Assembly: GCA_039815185.1 (NCBI GenBank)
Contig: JBCBZT010000029.1
Location: forward strand, 1-64,000
Origin: Cyanobacteria bacterium P01_A01_bin.123
Lineage (GTDB): Bacteria; Cyanobacteriota; Cyanobacteriia; Phormidesmidales; Phormidesmidaceae
DNA length: 64,000 nucleotides
Direction: 5' to 3'
The translations under genes and the position numbers were made by a program. The notes beneath the pieces were generated by a model. That model had not been told where the DNA came from. It ran no database searches and saw only the letters and a program-made list of their open reading frames with translations. Of the stretch, positions 1-10,107 are shown one piece after another. Positions within the stretch are counted from its first letter, which is position 1. Every line of letters starts with the position of its first letter.

Positions 1-155
1 ATAAACTGTCCCTGGTCAGGGGCGATTTGCATGATACTAGCTGGATGCTTGGCGGTGTCTTGACGCAGTTGGGTGAGGATTTCGGACTCGCGGAGGGAAA
101 CGGAGAGCAGGTAGTCGTAGAGATGGGAGCTTAGCTTGCCCATTTTGGGGGACAT
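1..155 (-). CDS. O-methyltransferase (caffeoyl-CoA/catechol OMT-like), 5' part, truncated by the window edge
   Basis: Manual translation from the ATG at 155 gives MSPKMGKLSSHLYDYLLSVSLRESEILTQLRQDTAKHPASIMQIAPDQGQF, a close paralog of 5345..6019. Not in the ORF track. Confidence 0.85.
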   Translation of the reverse strand, partial: MSPKMGKLSSHLYDYLLSVSLRESEILTQLRQDTAKHPASIMQIAPDQGQF

Positions 156-254
156 GGGATTTTCTCCTGCGATAGAGGCATTAAAACAATGAATGAGCGC
201 CCGGACGGACAACAAAATCTGGGCAGAGGCATCGTAATACGTCTGGGGATAAAA

Positions 255-297
255 TTTCTTTGCCAGTCAGAGTTTTTCTTAGCGAAATGGATTTTTT
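255..297 (-). promoter_or_regulatory. Putative AraC-binding direct repeat upstream of the O-methyltransferase
   Basis: TTTCTTtgccagtcagagtt / TTTCTTagcgaaatggatttt. Conserved with 6113..6155 and similar to the box at 4168..4209. Confidence 0.45.
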
Positions 298-343
298 GAG
301 GCGCGATCTGACTTCAATACACTTGCTGCTAAAATCCTGACAC

Positions 344-1411
344 TCAGTTTAGTGTGAGTAGTTTTTCTTTCAGTTCTTCGAGGTAGAGTTCAGTGCCGAT
401 AGGGCCAGGTAAACCCGCACATAAGTACGTTGGAATGAAGTACACTCGCTCCGCTTTACTGGCATCAAGGGATTGCGCGATCGCATTTGTTTCCCAAGCC
501 TGCTTTAGATTTGATAGTTGGTGGTCTTCAAAGCGATCCATACCGTTGAGTTGCTCGAAATTGCTGCTATTGATTCCCAGCAAAATGACGATATCGGCAT
601 CATTTAACTGGGGTAAAGATTCGAGAGAAATGGGCACAGATGGGCTGGAATCGTCATTGTTCAACCCTGGTGGAAATACCAACTGAAACCCTAATTCTTT
701 AATTAATGAACTACAAAGTCCAGTAGAATCAGAATTCGTTGCTATCCTTGTATCTCGCAAATTTGAAGAGAAGAGCAATGTCACTTTAGGATAAGTCGCA
801 GTTAGAGAAGCGAATGCTTCCTGTGTCTCTTCAATTTGCTGCTGGGTTTGAGTTAACAGTTGCTCGGCTTTTTCGGTGCGATTGACAGTTCGAGCAATTG
901 TTCTTAAAATTTGCTCTGGATCATCGTAATCAAGTAGCAGCGTTGGTGCAATTTTAGACAAGATTTCATATTCGTTGGTATTAAACTCAGCAGCCAAAAT
1001 TAAATCGGGCTGAACCTTGATAATCGCTTCGATGGAAGGTTGACGTGCTAAACCAACATTGGCTAACGGCTGTGCCACTGAATCACCCAAGTAAGGAATT
1101 TGTTGGCTTGGATCAGTGTAATCTCCCTGCTGAAATGCCATATAATCGGCGTACCCGGTTGGCTGAACATCGAGGGCGAGTAGAGGTTCCAGCACGTAGG
1201 GACCGAGGACCACAATTCGCTGGGGTTGACCACAAACTTCGGTTTCTCCCGCCTCATGCTCAATTGTGCGACAGTCGGTTGGTGCTACCGATAGTTGAGA
1301 AGCAGGACTTTGGTCTGAATTAGTGGAGAGCGTCTTAGCGTTACAGGCAGCAATGGCAACAGTCGCGATCGTGGTTAATACCAATAACTTGATGGCCAAA
1401 ATGATTTTCAT
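344..1411 (-). CDS. Iron-siderophore ABC transporter substrate-binding lipoprotein (FhuD/FecB family), cassette 1
   Basis: Lipobox IAAC, PQRIVVLG, PSIEAIIKVQPDLIL and LSKIAPT motifs; directly downstream of a TonB-dependent receptor. Confidence 0.92.
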   Translation of the reverse strand: MKIILAIKLLVLTTIATVAIAACNAKTLSTNSDQSPASQLSVAPTDCRTIEHEAGETEVCGQPQRIVVLGPYVLEPLLALDVQPTGYADYMAFQQGDYTDPSQQIPYLGDSVAQPLANVGLARQPSIEAIIKVQPDLILAAEFNTNEYEILSKIAPTLLLDYDDPEQILRTIARTVNRTEKAEQLLTQTQQQIEETQEAFASLTATYPKVTLLFSSNLRDTRIATNSDSTGLCSSLIKELGFQLVFPPGLNNDDSSPSVPISLESLPQLNDADIVILLGINSSNFEQLNGMDRFEDHQLSNLKQAWETNAIAQSLDASKAERVYFIPTYLCAGLPGPIGTELYLEELKEKLLTLN

Positions 1412-1493
1412 GAGTCTTCCTTACTCGCCTCGTTTAAGTGCTTCCTGTTACAATTCTTCTGTCCCAGGCAAGGAAGGACAGGTAGTGTATTCG

Positions 1494-4079
1494 TCAAAAT
1501 TGAATCGAAAATGAACCAATGATAGTCAACGGCTCCCCAGGGTCATTCTCAAACCTTCTACTGCCGCTCGTAGCTCGGATATAGTCGGTGTCAAAGAGAT
1601 TTTTGATGTTGAGCGCCAATCGCCAGTCGTCGCGCTCATAAGAAATTGCGGCATTAGTGAGAAAGTAGCTGTCTACCTCAAAACTGTTTGCTAAATCGCC
1701 CTGACGTTCTCCCACAAAGTTAAATCCTAGACCAAAGCCTAATCCTGCTAAATCACCCGCCTGAATTTCGTAAGTTGTCCATAGGCTAGCGCTATGCCGG
1801 GGGGTATTAAATAAACGATTGCCTTCAGGAATCACATTGTCTTCTGTGATCTCCGCATCAATGTAGGCATAGGAAGCAATCACATTCCAGCCCGGCAAAA
1901 TTTCGCCAGCGATGTCGAGTTCAATGCCTTGACTACGCTGTTCGCCTGTTGCGACCGACCCAAACTGGCTGTTTGGGTCTTGAGTTGCCACATTTTGTCG
2001 AGTGATATTGAAATAGGCCAGTGTTGCGAGTAGATCGCCGTCGAGTAATTCAGTTTTGACGCCGACTTCAAACCCTTCGCCTCGCTCAGGTTCTAGGGGA
2101 TCGCCCGCTGCTGTTGTAGCAGAGCTGGGCGTGAATGATTGAGAATAGCTCCCATACAGGGAAATGTTGGGCGTTGGTTGATAGACAATGCCGACTCTGG
2201 GTGTCACAGCAGCATCATTTTGTGTGTTTTCAGATGATGTGGGGTTAAAGTCAGTTGGATTATTTATCGAGGTTTGCTCTACAGTGTCATAGCGCAACCC
2301 TGCTAGCAGAATTAAATTGTCGGTGAAGTAAATCTGGTCTTGCAGATAGAGGCCCAGCCGATCTGTTTGAACGTCGAGATCTCTAACAATTGGCAAATCG
2401 TCGAAGTTAAGGTCAGCAAATGCTCCATAAACTGGGTCAAAGATATTTAAGGGTTGACGGTTGGCAAAATCGAGCCTTGCGGAGGTTGAGCTATCTCCTC
2501 GGTAGAAATCAAGCCCAAACAGGAGAGTATGTTGGATGGAACCTGTGGCAAATTCACCAACGACATTGGTTTGGAGCGAATAATTTTCAACGATTTGCTC
2601 TTGAATACCTGGAATACGAGTGAGAATACCAGTATTCTCATCAAAGTCATCTAAAAGCGCCCCAAAAACCAAAATATCTCGATTGGTATAGCGAAAGGCG
2701 TTGCGTACCCGCCAGTTATCGCTGAAGCGATGCTCCAGGTTATAGCCGACGTTGATAAATTCGCGTTCACCACGATTGTCGGGGCTGAAAAGATTTCGCT
2801 CGAAGGGAACATCTACAATCCCTTCGCCAGATGCAATTAAACCGAGGTCATACAGCAATTCATCGTCAACGTACTCAAATTGAACCGTCAGATCGGTACG
2901 TTCTCCAATCTGCCAAGCGAGGGTTGGGGCGATAAAAGAACGACTACGGCTGTTGTTAATATCCCGAAAACTTTCCTCACGACGGACGAGGGCATTGAGA
3001 CGATAGCGTAAGCGCCCGTCTTCAGTCAGGGGGCCAGAAAAGTCAATACTGGGACTGATAAACCCTCGACTGCCGACTTGGGCCTGAAAATTGTAAGACG
3101 GTTCTGACAACGGTTGCTTAGTCACCACGTTGATTACGCCCCCCGGCTGCACCTCGCCATACAAGATCGAAGCTGGACCTCTGAGCACTTCCACACGCTC
3201 TAGATTTGCAATTTCAACTGTATTCTGTCCAAAACCGTCGAATTGTCTGAAGCCATCTTGGAGAACACGAGTATTGTCGAATCCCCGGATATTAAAAGTT
3301 TCAGTCGTACCAGAGAGTGTCGTGCCAGTTGTTACACCGCTTACATTCCGGAGTGCCTCTTCGAGCCTAACCACCTGCTGATCTTCCAGCACCTGTCGGG
3401 GAATTACCTGAATTGAGGCGGGGATATCCAGAATGGGGGTGTCAGTGCGCGTGGCAGTACTGGCATTGGGTACAAAGTAATCGTTTTGCTCGCCCGTCAC
3501 CACAATCTGAATCGAGTCTTCATCGATAGCTTGGACTGAGGGATCTCCTGGGGTTGCGCTCACAATCAGGCCAGTCGTGCCAATGCTAATATCAACTGCT
3601 GGGGCTGCGTCAGTTCCCGTAATGGCGATCCGAACTTGGTTGTTAGGTAAGTTCGTAACGTTGACCAGGGCGATCCCGTCAATGGGTTCACTGCTCAAGA
3701 AGTCTTCACCATCTGGCAAGTTTAATGTTGCATTCGGAATGTCGGCGATCGCGGCATTGCCAGTCACGGACGTTTCCGGCGCAGCCAGTTCACCGCTGGC
3801 CTCCAACCGCAGGCTCAACCCATCCGCTGTTTCCTCAATTTGGATATGGGTGATGGCAACGGGTTGGGTTTGGGCCATCTGCGTTAGCCATTCATCTACC
3901 GATGTGGCAGCAGGCTCAACCTCACTCAGCAATGTTCCTGTGGTGGGTACACCCTCTGCTTGAGAGCTTTCTGCCAGAGCCGGTTCCATCGCTAAAGCTG
4001 CGATGGTCAAAGACCTGCCCAGGATGGCCATCGACCCCACCCAAACCGTCCAAGATACCCCATATGCTCGTTTCGCCAT
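1494..4079 (-). CDS. TonB-dependent siderophore receptor with N-terminal AMIN-type domain, cassette 1
   Basis: IQIVVTG, ATRTDTP plug motif, ERVEVLRGPASILYG, C-terminal F. Start placed at ATG 4079 behind a GAGGA RBS (the ORF track uses GTG 4106). Confidence 0.95.
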   Translation of the reverse strand: MAKRAYGVSWTVWVGSMAILGRSLTIAALAMEPALAESSQAEGVPTTGTLLSEVEPAATSVDEWLTQMAQTQPVAITHIQIEETADGLSLRLEASGELAAPETSVTGNAAIADIPNATLNLPDGEDFLSSEPIDGIALVNVTNLPNNQVRIAITGTDAAPAVDISIGTTGLIVSATPGDPSVQAIDEDSIQIVVTGEQNDYFVPNASTATRTDTPILDIPASIQVIPRQVLEDQQVVRLEEALRNVSGVTTGTTLSGTTETFNIRGFDNTRVLQDGFRQFDGFGQNTVEIANLERVEVLRGPASILYGEVQPGGVINVVTKQPLSEPSYNFQAQVGSRGFISPSIDFSGPLTEDGRLRYRLNALVRREESFRDINNSRSRSFIAPTLAWQIGERTDLTVQFEYVDDELLYDLGLIASGEGIVDVPFERNLFSPDNRGEREFINVGYNLEHRFSDNWRVRNAFRYTNRDILVFGALLDDFDENTGILTRIPGIQEQIVENYSLQTNVVGEFATGSIQHTLLFGLDFYRGDSSTSARLDFANRQPLNIFDPVYGAFADLNFDDLPIVRDLDVQTDRLGLYLQDQIYFTDNLILLAGLRYDTVEQTSINNPTDFNPTSSENTQNDAAVTPRVGIVYQPTPNISLYGSYSQSFTPSSATTAAGDPLEPERGEGFEVGVKTELLDGDLLATLAYFNITRQNVATQDPNSQFGSVATGEQRSQGIELDIAGEILPGWNVIASYAYIDAEITEDNVIPEGNRLFNTPRHSASLWTTYEIQAGDLAGLGFGLGFNFVGERQGDLANSFEVDSYFLTNAAISYERDDWRLALNIKNLFDTDYIRATSGSRRFENDPGEPLTIIGSFSIQF

Positions 4080-4110
4080 GATTGTCGATTCCTCAATCAG
4101 CCTCACACAC

Positions 4111-4131
4111 TAATGCAAGCTATTCTTATTA
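4111..4131 (-). promoter_or_regulatory. Fur-box-like site
   Basis: TAATAAGAATAGCTTGCATTA on the minus strand, just downstream of a TATCAT -10 hexamer; resembles GATAATGATAATCATTATC. Confidence 0.55.
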
Positions 4132-4167
4132 GCTTGTATGGGCATGATAAGGAGGGTGAATGATGAC

Positions 4168-4209
4168 TTTCTTCGCGAAACCGACTTTTTTCTTCGTGAA
4201 ACCGACTTT
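4168..4209 (-). promoter_or_regulatory. 21-bp tandem direct repeat, putative AraC operator of receptor 1
   Basis: TTTCTTCGCGAAACCGACTTT / TTTCTTCGTGAAACCGACTTT (1 mismatch), lying at and upstream of the -35 position. Confidence 0.7.
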
Positions 4210-4232
4210 TTTGTTGCCGTGTTGCTGTATTG

Positions 4233-5246
4233 CTAACGCCGCTGACTGAGCTGATAGGTTTTAGGACTCACTGCAAACTTACGTCGAAATGCGGTGCTAA
4301 AAGCTTCAGGGCTCCTGTAGCCGACCGTAGCCGCTACACCAGCAATGGTGAATCTGGAATTGAGTAAGAGTTCTTTGGCTTGTTGCAAACGATAGTCTTG
4401 CAGATAGCCAAATACGGTGGTTCCAAATAGATGACGGAATCCATGATTGAGCTTGCGATCATTCAACCCGACCCGTCGAGCTAACTCTATCAGAGACGGC
4501 GGGTGCATCGCTTGCTGAATTAAAATCTCTCTCGCCTGTTGCAGTTGCTCAATATCCTGGGCGCAAAACGATATGGAAACCGTTGGGGTCGAAGTCTCTG
4601 TCCAGAGGGTAAACTGAGCTGCAAAGAGTTCTAACGCTTTGCTTTCTAAATAGATTTGCTGCATCAGCCCCGTATACGGGCAATGCAGAATTTGCTGGAG
4701 CAGTTGCTTGATGGTTGGTGTCATGCGTCCGAGTGGTTGGTGAAACCGCTGGTTTCTGTCACCTGCGATTAGCTTTTGCAGCGGGGGTGATAACACTGCT
4801 TTACCCATATCAAACGTGCTGAAGTAGCTGGGGTCAACCTCGACATAGATAACGTGAATCGGCTCATTCGCAGGCCAATCTTCAATTTCAGCGTGGTCGG
4901 GTAGATGGTAGAGGTAGTGATAGCTCTTGATTTCCTCGTAGTCAGTGTCAATATCGGTTGCATCCAGCGATCGCACCCGCGACGCTCCAGAGAGATAGAA
5001 CTTAGCTACCAAAGGGAAGTTCGATTCATGCAGTTTGGTAAGCTGAATCGTCTGCCAAAGCTGACATTGCAGAATATTAATAGTCAGGCTGTTGCGTAGC
5101 TGAATGCAGCGATCGCCCCCCGATCCAAGCTGCTTGGGTAGATAAATCTGACCGCCCAGATCTAGTGGCTGCCAAATCTGTTCGCCTCCCTCCTGGGCCT
5201 CTAATTCCATGTCTCGGAAGCTATCATCTGTCAGCTTGACTGCCAT
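4233..5246 (-). CDS. AraC family transcriptional regulator (PchR/YbtA-like), cassette 1
   Basis: YLESKALEL and a C-terminal double HTH (PSLIELARRVGLN...FGTT; VGYRSPEAFSTAFRRKF). Start chosen by similarity to the paralog starting MAIKLTD. Confidence 0.93.
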   Translation of the reverse strand: MAVKLTDDSFRDMELEAQEGGEQIWQPLDLGGQIYLPKQLGSGGDRCIQLRNSLTINILQCQLWQTIQLTKLHESNFPLVAKFYLSGASRVRSLDATDIDTDYEEIKSYHYLYHLPDHAEIEDWPANEPIHVIYVEVDPSYFSTFDMGKAVLSPPLQKLIAGDRNQRFHQPLGRMTPTIKQLLQQILHCPYTGLMQQIYLESKALELFAAQFTLWTETSTPTVSISFCAQDIEQLQQAREILIQQAMHPPSLIELARRVGLNDRKLNHGFRHLFGTTVFGYLQDYRLQQAKELLLNSRFTIAGVAATVGYRSPEAFSTAFRRKFAVSPKTYQLSQRR

Positions 5247-5344
5247 ACTCACGTTTATCGGTGTGTACCACAAACACTATTGATTCTCATTAACACAGCA
5301 GTGTAGCAGAGCGCTTGTGAGGCATGAGCAACGCACATCATTTC

Positions 5345-6019
5345 TTATGCCGCCTGACCCCGCTTAAGCGCCAGGGTTAACCCATCGGCAATAGGCAACA
5401 TACTCAATTCGATTCGCTGATCGTGGTGCAGGGTTTGGTTGAGTTCTTTTAAGGCAACTGTATCAGGGTCGGTCTTTTCTGGATCAGCGACGGCACCACC
5501 CCAAATCACATTGTCAATGGCGATCAGTCCTCCCGGTCGCAGCAGTTTCAGGCATTTTTCGTAGTAGTGGAGATAGTTGGTTTTATCGGCATCAATGAAG
5601 GCAAAATCGAAAGTGCCTGCTTGCCCGGTTGTCAGCAGCTTGTCAAGGGTGTTGAGGGCGGGGGCGATGCGCAGGTCAATTTTGTCTGTAACGCCAGCCG
5701 CTTGCCAGTAAGGTGGGGCAAATTCTCGGGCTTTTTCTTGGATGTCACAGGTGATCAGGGTGCCGTCGGCGGGGAGGGCGAGGGCCATCCACAGGGCACT
5801 GTAGCCGGTAAAGGTGCCGATTTCTAGAACTTTTTTAGCGCCCATGAGTTTCACCAACAGGGCCATGAACTGTCCCTGATCGGGGGCGATTTGCATGTTG
5901 CCAACGGACAATTGAGCGGTGTCTTGACGCAATTGGGAGAGGATTGCGGATTCACGTAGGGAAACGGAGAGCAGGTAGTCGTAGAGATGGGCGCTTAGCT
6001 TGCCCGTTTTGGTAGACAT
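5345..6019 (-). CDS. Class I SAM-dependent O-methyltransferase (caffeoyl-CoA/catechol OMT family)
   Basis: VLEIGTFTGYS, FDFAFIDADK, LLRPGGLIAIDNV and DGLTL motifs. Confidence 0.92.
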   Translation of the reverse strand: MSTKTGKLSAHLYDYLLSVSLRESAILSQLRQDTAQLSVGNMQIAPDQGQFMALLVKLMGAKKVLEIGTFTGYSALWMALALPADGTLITCDIQEKAREFAPPYWQAAGVTDKIDLRIAPALNTLDKLLTTGQAGTFDFAFIDADKTNYLHYYEKCLKLLRPGGLIAIDNVIWGGAVADPEKTDPDTVALKELNQTLHHDQRIELSMLPIADGLTLALKRGQAA

Positions 6020-6112
6020 AGTTGTGTTCTCCTATGGTAGAGGCATTAAAAAGTACGCTCAGAGGGGGGTGAGAATCTGGGCAAAGGCATCGTAATGCGT
6101 CGGAGGATAAAA

Positions 6113-6155
6113 TTTCTTTGTCAGTTGGAGTTTTTTCTTCGCGAAATGGACTTTT
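6113..6155 (-). promoter_or_regulatory. Putative AraC-binding direct repeat upstream of the O-methyltransferase
   Basis: TTTCTT repeated at a 21-bp period. TTTCTTCGCGAAATGGACTTTT matches the box at 4168 at 20 of 22 positions. Confidence 0.55.
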
Positions 6156-6202
6156 TAAGGTGCGAGCTGCCTTTGGGGCGCTGACTGCTAAAATCCCGAC
6201 AC

Positions 6203-7282
6203 TCAGTTTGGTGCGAGTAGTTGTTCTTTAAGTTCTTCGAGATATAGCTCTGTGCCAATGGGGCCAGGTAGACCCGAACATAAGTAGGTTGGAATAAAAT
6301 AGACTTGTCCGGCTTTACTAGCATCAAGGGACTGGGCGATCGCATTCTCTTCCCATTCTTGCTTTAACTTTGACAGTTGGTGGTCTTCAAAGCTATCCAT
6401 ATCGTCAAGCTGATTGAGATCGCTGAAATTATGTCCTAACAGAATGACTAGATCAGCATCATTCAATTGGGGTAAGGTTTCGAGGGAAATGGGCTGAGAT
6501 GGATTGAAATCATTGTTAGACATCCCAGGTGGAAATACCAACTGAAATCCCAATACTTCAATCAGTGAACGACAAAGCCCATCAGCGTTGACTAACCGTA
6601 TATCTTGTAATTCTGAGGAACTCAGTAATGCCACCTGAGGATGACTCGTAACTAGAGGGGCAAAGGCTTCCCGCGCTGCCGCAATTTGTTGCTGAGTTTG
6701 GGTTAACTGTTGCTCGGCTTGTTCCGTGCGGTTGACGGCTTGAGCAATCGCTCTCAGACTACCCGCTGTGTCATAGTAGTCAAGCAATAGGGTTGGGGCA
6801 ATGTTAGAGAGCATTTCATAGTGGCTAGAACTCATAACATCAGTACCCAAAATCAAATCGGGTTGAACCTTGATAATGGCTTCGATTGAAGGGGTGTGCG
6901 CTAAACCCACATTGGCTAGTGGTTGACTAACTCGATCTCCCAAATAGGGAATTTGTTGACTGGGGTCAGTGTAGTCTCCCTGATAAAACGCAATATGATC
7001 GGCATACCCAACAGGCTGCACATTGAGGACGAGCAGAGGGTCTAGAACATAGGGACCCAAAACGACAATTCTCTGGGGTTGACCGCAAATCTCGCTTTCT
7101 CCCATTTCATGCTGAATGGTGTGGCAGCCATTAGGATCAGACACGACAGTCGTACCCGCATTATTTGACGGCTGATTGGCCGGGGCTTGACAGGATACAA
7201 TTGCGAACGCTGTCAGCAGGTTCAATGCTAAAAGCCTGATTCGTAAAAAATATTGTCCCGAGTTGACAGCTTTTCTTTTCAT
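6203..7282 (-). CDS. Iron-siderophore substrate-binding lipoprotein, cassette 2
   Basis: Lipobox IVSC, close paralog of 344..1411. Start uncertain (ATG 7282 preferred; the ORF extends to 7366). Confidence 0.9.
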   Translation of the reverse strand: MKRKAVNSGQYFLRIRLLALNLLTAFAIVSCQAPANQPSNNAGTTVVSDPNGCHTIQHEMGESEICGQPQRIVVLGPYVLDPLLVLNVQPVGYADHIAFYQGDYTDPSQQIPYLGDRVSQPLANVGLAHTPSIEAIIKVQPDLILGTDVMSSSHYEMLSNIAPTLLLDYYDTAGSLRAIAQAVNRTEQAEQQLTQTQQQIAAAREAFAPLVTSHPQVALLSSSELQDIRLVNADGLCRSLIEVLGFQLVFPPGMSNNDFNPSQPISLETLPQLNDADLVILLGHNFSDLNQLDDMDSFEDHQLSKLKQEWEENAIAQSLDASKAGQVYFIPTYLCSGLPGPIGTELYLEELKEQLLAPN

Positions 7283-7373
7283 CCATATCGAGATTTTTAA
7301 GTTTTCAACTTCTTCGATGAATAAGATATTTTTGTCTTCTCTTAAAAATTCAAAAAATCCGGACATTATGCGA

Positions 7374-9935
7374 TTAGAAGGTATATGAAACAGAGGCTCG
7401 AACCGTCAGTGGATCGCCTCGATAAAGTCTATTTCTATTGCCGCGGACAGACTGGATATAGTCAACATCAAATAGGTTGTCAATATTCAGGCGCACTTGC
7501 CAATTACTCCGTCGGTAGAACACGGCTGTATTGGTGATAAAGTAGCTGCCTATCTGAAAACTATTGGCCAAATCGCCCTGCTGTTCTCCAACAAAGTTAA
7601 AGCCCAAGCCCAAGCCTAGCCCCTCTAAATCGCCAGATTGAATTTCGTATGTTGTCCACAAACTGGCACTATGTTCGGGAGCACTGAATAGTCTGTTCCC
7701 AATAATATCTGTATTATTATCTTCAGTGACTTCTGCATCAACGTAGGCATAGGATGCAACAACATTCCAACCGGGCAAGATTTCGCCAGTCAAGTTGAAA
7801 TCGACCCCTCGACTTCTCTGTTCGCCCACCGCAACAGATCCAGGGAGAGCAGTCGTAGGATCGTCTGTTGCCACGTTTTGCTTAGTGATATCAAAGTACG
7901 CGAGCGTAGCCGCCAAGCGGCCTTCAAGCAGTTCAGCTCTGACGCCTACCTCAAATCCTTCCCCTTCTTCTGGTTCTAGAGGTTGACGATTTACATCAAG
8001 TTCTGAATTTGGCATAAACGAACGCGCATAGTTAGCATACAAGGAAATCGGTTCGATGGGTTGGTAAACAATGCCAATGCGAGGAATCAGGACGTCATCA
8101 TATTGCGCTGTCACAGTATTAGTTCTACGGCTTGTCGTTGCTCGATTGACCGTGTTATATCGCAGTCCCGCTACCGCAATTAAATTATCCAGAATATCAA
8201 TTTGATCTTGTAGATAAATTCCCAGTTGGTCTGTCTCAATGACGTCATCAAAGACAATACCAACGCTCTCCTCTGAAGGAAACGATGAAGGATCTGGGTA
8301 GTCTGGATTGAAGATATTAATTGGAGAGGTAAGACCAGGATCGAATCTTACAAAGCTGTTTTGGCTCCAACGAAATAAATCAACCCCGACTAACAGAGTA
8401 TGTTCTATGGAGCCTGTGCTGAATCTACCCTGGATGTTGGTGTAAAGCGAGTAAGTATCCAATTCAACATCTTGGGCTGCAAATATGCGGCTTAGAATTC
8501 CAGTAGATTCGTTCAGAGCAGCAGGAAGTGGAAATACATCGATACTATAGGAGCTAGAGGTATAGCGAAACTGATTACGTAATTGCCAATTGTCGCTGAA
8601 ACGATGCTCTAGGGTATACCCGACGCTCAGATAGTCTTGTTTGTAGGTATCTTCAGGGTTATTAAGCACTCGTTCCAGGGGAATAGGGGCGACGCCATCT
8701 CCAAAAGCGAAAGTGCCGTAGTCGGCTGGCTCATCATCTTCGGTGTACTCTAAGTTGATGGTTAGATCCGTTTGATCGCTGATCAACCAAGTCAACGTCG
8801 GGCCGATGAAGAAGCGCTCAAGATTGTTGTCATAATCTCGAAAGCTGTCTTCTTGTCGGTAGAGCGCATTCAGGCGATAGAGCAGGCGACCATCTTCAGT
8901 TAATGGCCCCGATATATCAATACTCGGACTGATAAAATCGCCGTTACCTACTTGAAATTGAAGGTTGTAAAATGGCTCCGACAACGGTTGCTTTGTCACC
9001 AGATTAACGACGCCTCCGGGGTCTACCTGACCGTACAAGACCGATGCTGGTCCTCTCAGGACTTCCACTCGCTCCAGATTCGCCACTTCTGGCCCTGCTG
9101 CATCTCCAGCGAACCCAGGAATGAGGAAGCCATCCCGCAAAACCGGAGCACCGTTAAATCCGCGAATGCTAAACTCGAGACCGCGACCATCATTATTACC
9201 CTGAAACACTACTCCAGCCGCGTTTTCGAGCACCTCTTCAACCCCTATCGCCTGCTGATCTTCAATCACCTGGCGAGGAATCACTTGAATTGATTGAGGA
9301 ATATCCCGCAGGGGCGTATCGGTCCGTGTTGCCGTGCTGGCATTGGGGACAAGGTAGCCGTCTTGCTCTCCCGTTACTACAATTTGAATCGCGTTGTCTG
9401 GGGTCTGAACGGTCGGATCGCCGGGTGTAGCGCTCACCGTAAGGTCAGTAGCGGCAGTTGTAATATTGACCGTGGGGGGTGCGTCAGTTCCGGTAATAGC
9501 AATCCGGACTTGGTTGTTAGGCAAATTGGTGACGTTGATCAGGGCAATTCCGACCGCCGGGTCACTGGCAAAGAATTCATCGCCTGCTGCCAGGTTTAAG
9601 ACGGCATTCGGGATATCAGCGATCGCTGCATTACCTGTAATCGAAGTTTCAGGCGCGGCTAACTCGCCATCTGTTTCGAGTCGCAGCGTAAACCCTGCTG
9701 TGGTTTCCTCAACCTGGATCGCTGTAATCTCAACTAATTCAGCTTGGGCAAGTTGAGCGGCCCATTCCTCTACGGCCGTTGCCGATGGTTCAATTTCATT
9801 GAGGTGTACGGCTGCCGATGGCTCCCCTTCGGCCCGCGCGGGTTGCAGCCCCAGCAGCATCTGTAGTGCCACCACCCCGCAAGGAACAGTCTGTGCCAAC
9901 ACCATCAAAGTCTTACCTTGTAAGCGTTTCATCAT
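7374..9935 (-). CDS. TonB-dependent siderophore receptor (AMIN-type N-terminus), cassette 2
   Basis: Plug and barrel motifs as in the paralogs; ends SYTF. Confidence 0.95.
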   Translation of the reverse strand: MMKRLQGKTLMVLAQTVPCGVVALQMLLGLQPARAEGEPSAAVHLNEIEPSATAVEEWAAQLAQAELVEITAIQVEETTAGFTLRLETDGELAAPETSITGNAAIADIPNAVLNLAAGDEFFASDPAVGIALINVTNLPNNQVRIAITGTDAPPTVNITTAATDLTVSATPGDPTVQTPDNAIQIVVTGEQDGYLVPNASTATRTDTPLRDIPQSIQVIPRQVIEDQQAIGVEEVLENAAGVVFQGNNDGRGLEFSIRGFNGAPVLRDGFLIPGFAGDAAGPEVANLERVEVLRGPASVLYGQVDPGGVVNLVTKQPLSEPFYNLQFQVGNGDFISPSIDISGPLTEDGRLLYRLNALYRQEDSFRDYDNNLERFFIGPTLTWLISDQTDLTINLEYTEDDEPADYGTFAFGDGVAPIPLERVLNNPEDTYKQDYLSVGYTLEHRFSDNWQLRNQFRYTSSSYSIDVFPLPAALNESTGILSRIFAAQDVELDTYSLYTNIQGRFSTGSIEHTLLVGVDLFRWSQNSFVRFDPGLTSPINIFNPDYPDPSSFPSEESVGIVFDDVIETDQLGIYLQDQIDILDNLIAVAGLRYNTVNRATTSRRTNTVTAQYDDVLIPRIGIVYQPIEPISLYANYARSFMPNSELDVNRQPLEPEEGEGFEVGVRAELLEGRLAATLAYFDITKQNVATDDPTTALPGSVAVGEQRSRGVDFNLTGEILPGWNVVASYAYVDAEVTEDNNTDIIGNRLFSAPEHSASLWTTYEIQSGDLEGLGLGLGFNFVGEQQGDLANSFQIGSYFITNTAVFYRRSNWQVRLNIDNLFDVDYIQSVRGNRNRLYRGDPLTVRASVSYTF

Positions 9936-9981
9936 GCCTTATTCACCCACATCACACACAACTACCTAACTGAACCGTTGC

Positions 9982-10083
9982 TAATGCAAATCTTTCTGAT
10001 TAATCAGGTAGGGGCATGATATGGGGCAAAAGCGATCGCCATCTGCGCGCAACGGAGCTTTTTCTGCGCGTGACGGAGTTTTT
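9982..10083 (-). promoter_or_regulatory. Receptor 2 promoter: Fur-like box, -10 and 21-bp direct repeat
   Basis: TAATGCAAATCTTTCTGATTA at 9982..10002; TCTGCGCGCAACGGAGCTTTT / TCTGCGCGTGACGGAGTTTTT at 10042..10083. Confidence 0.65.
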
Positions 10084-10107
10084 GTTTCAACCCAACTGCT
10101 TTGAACG

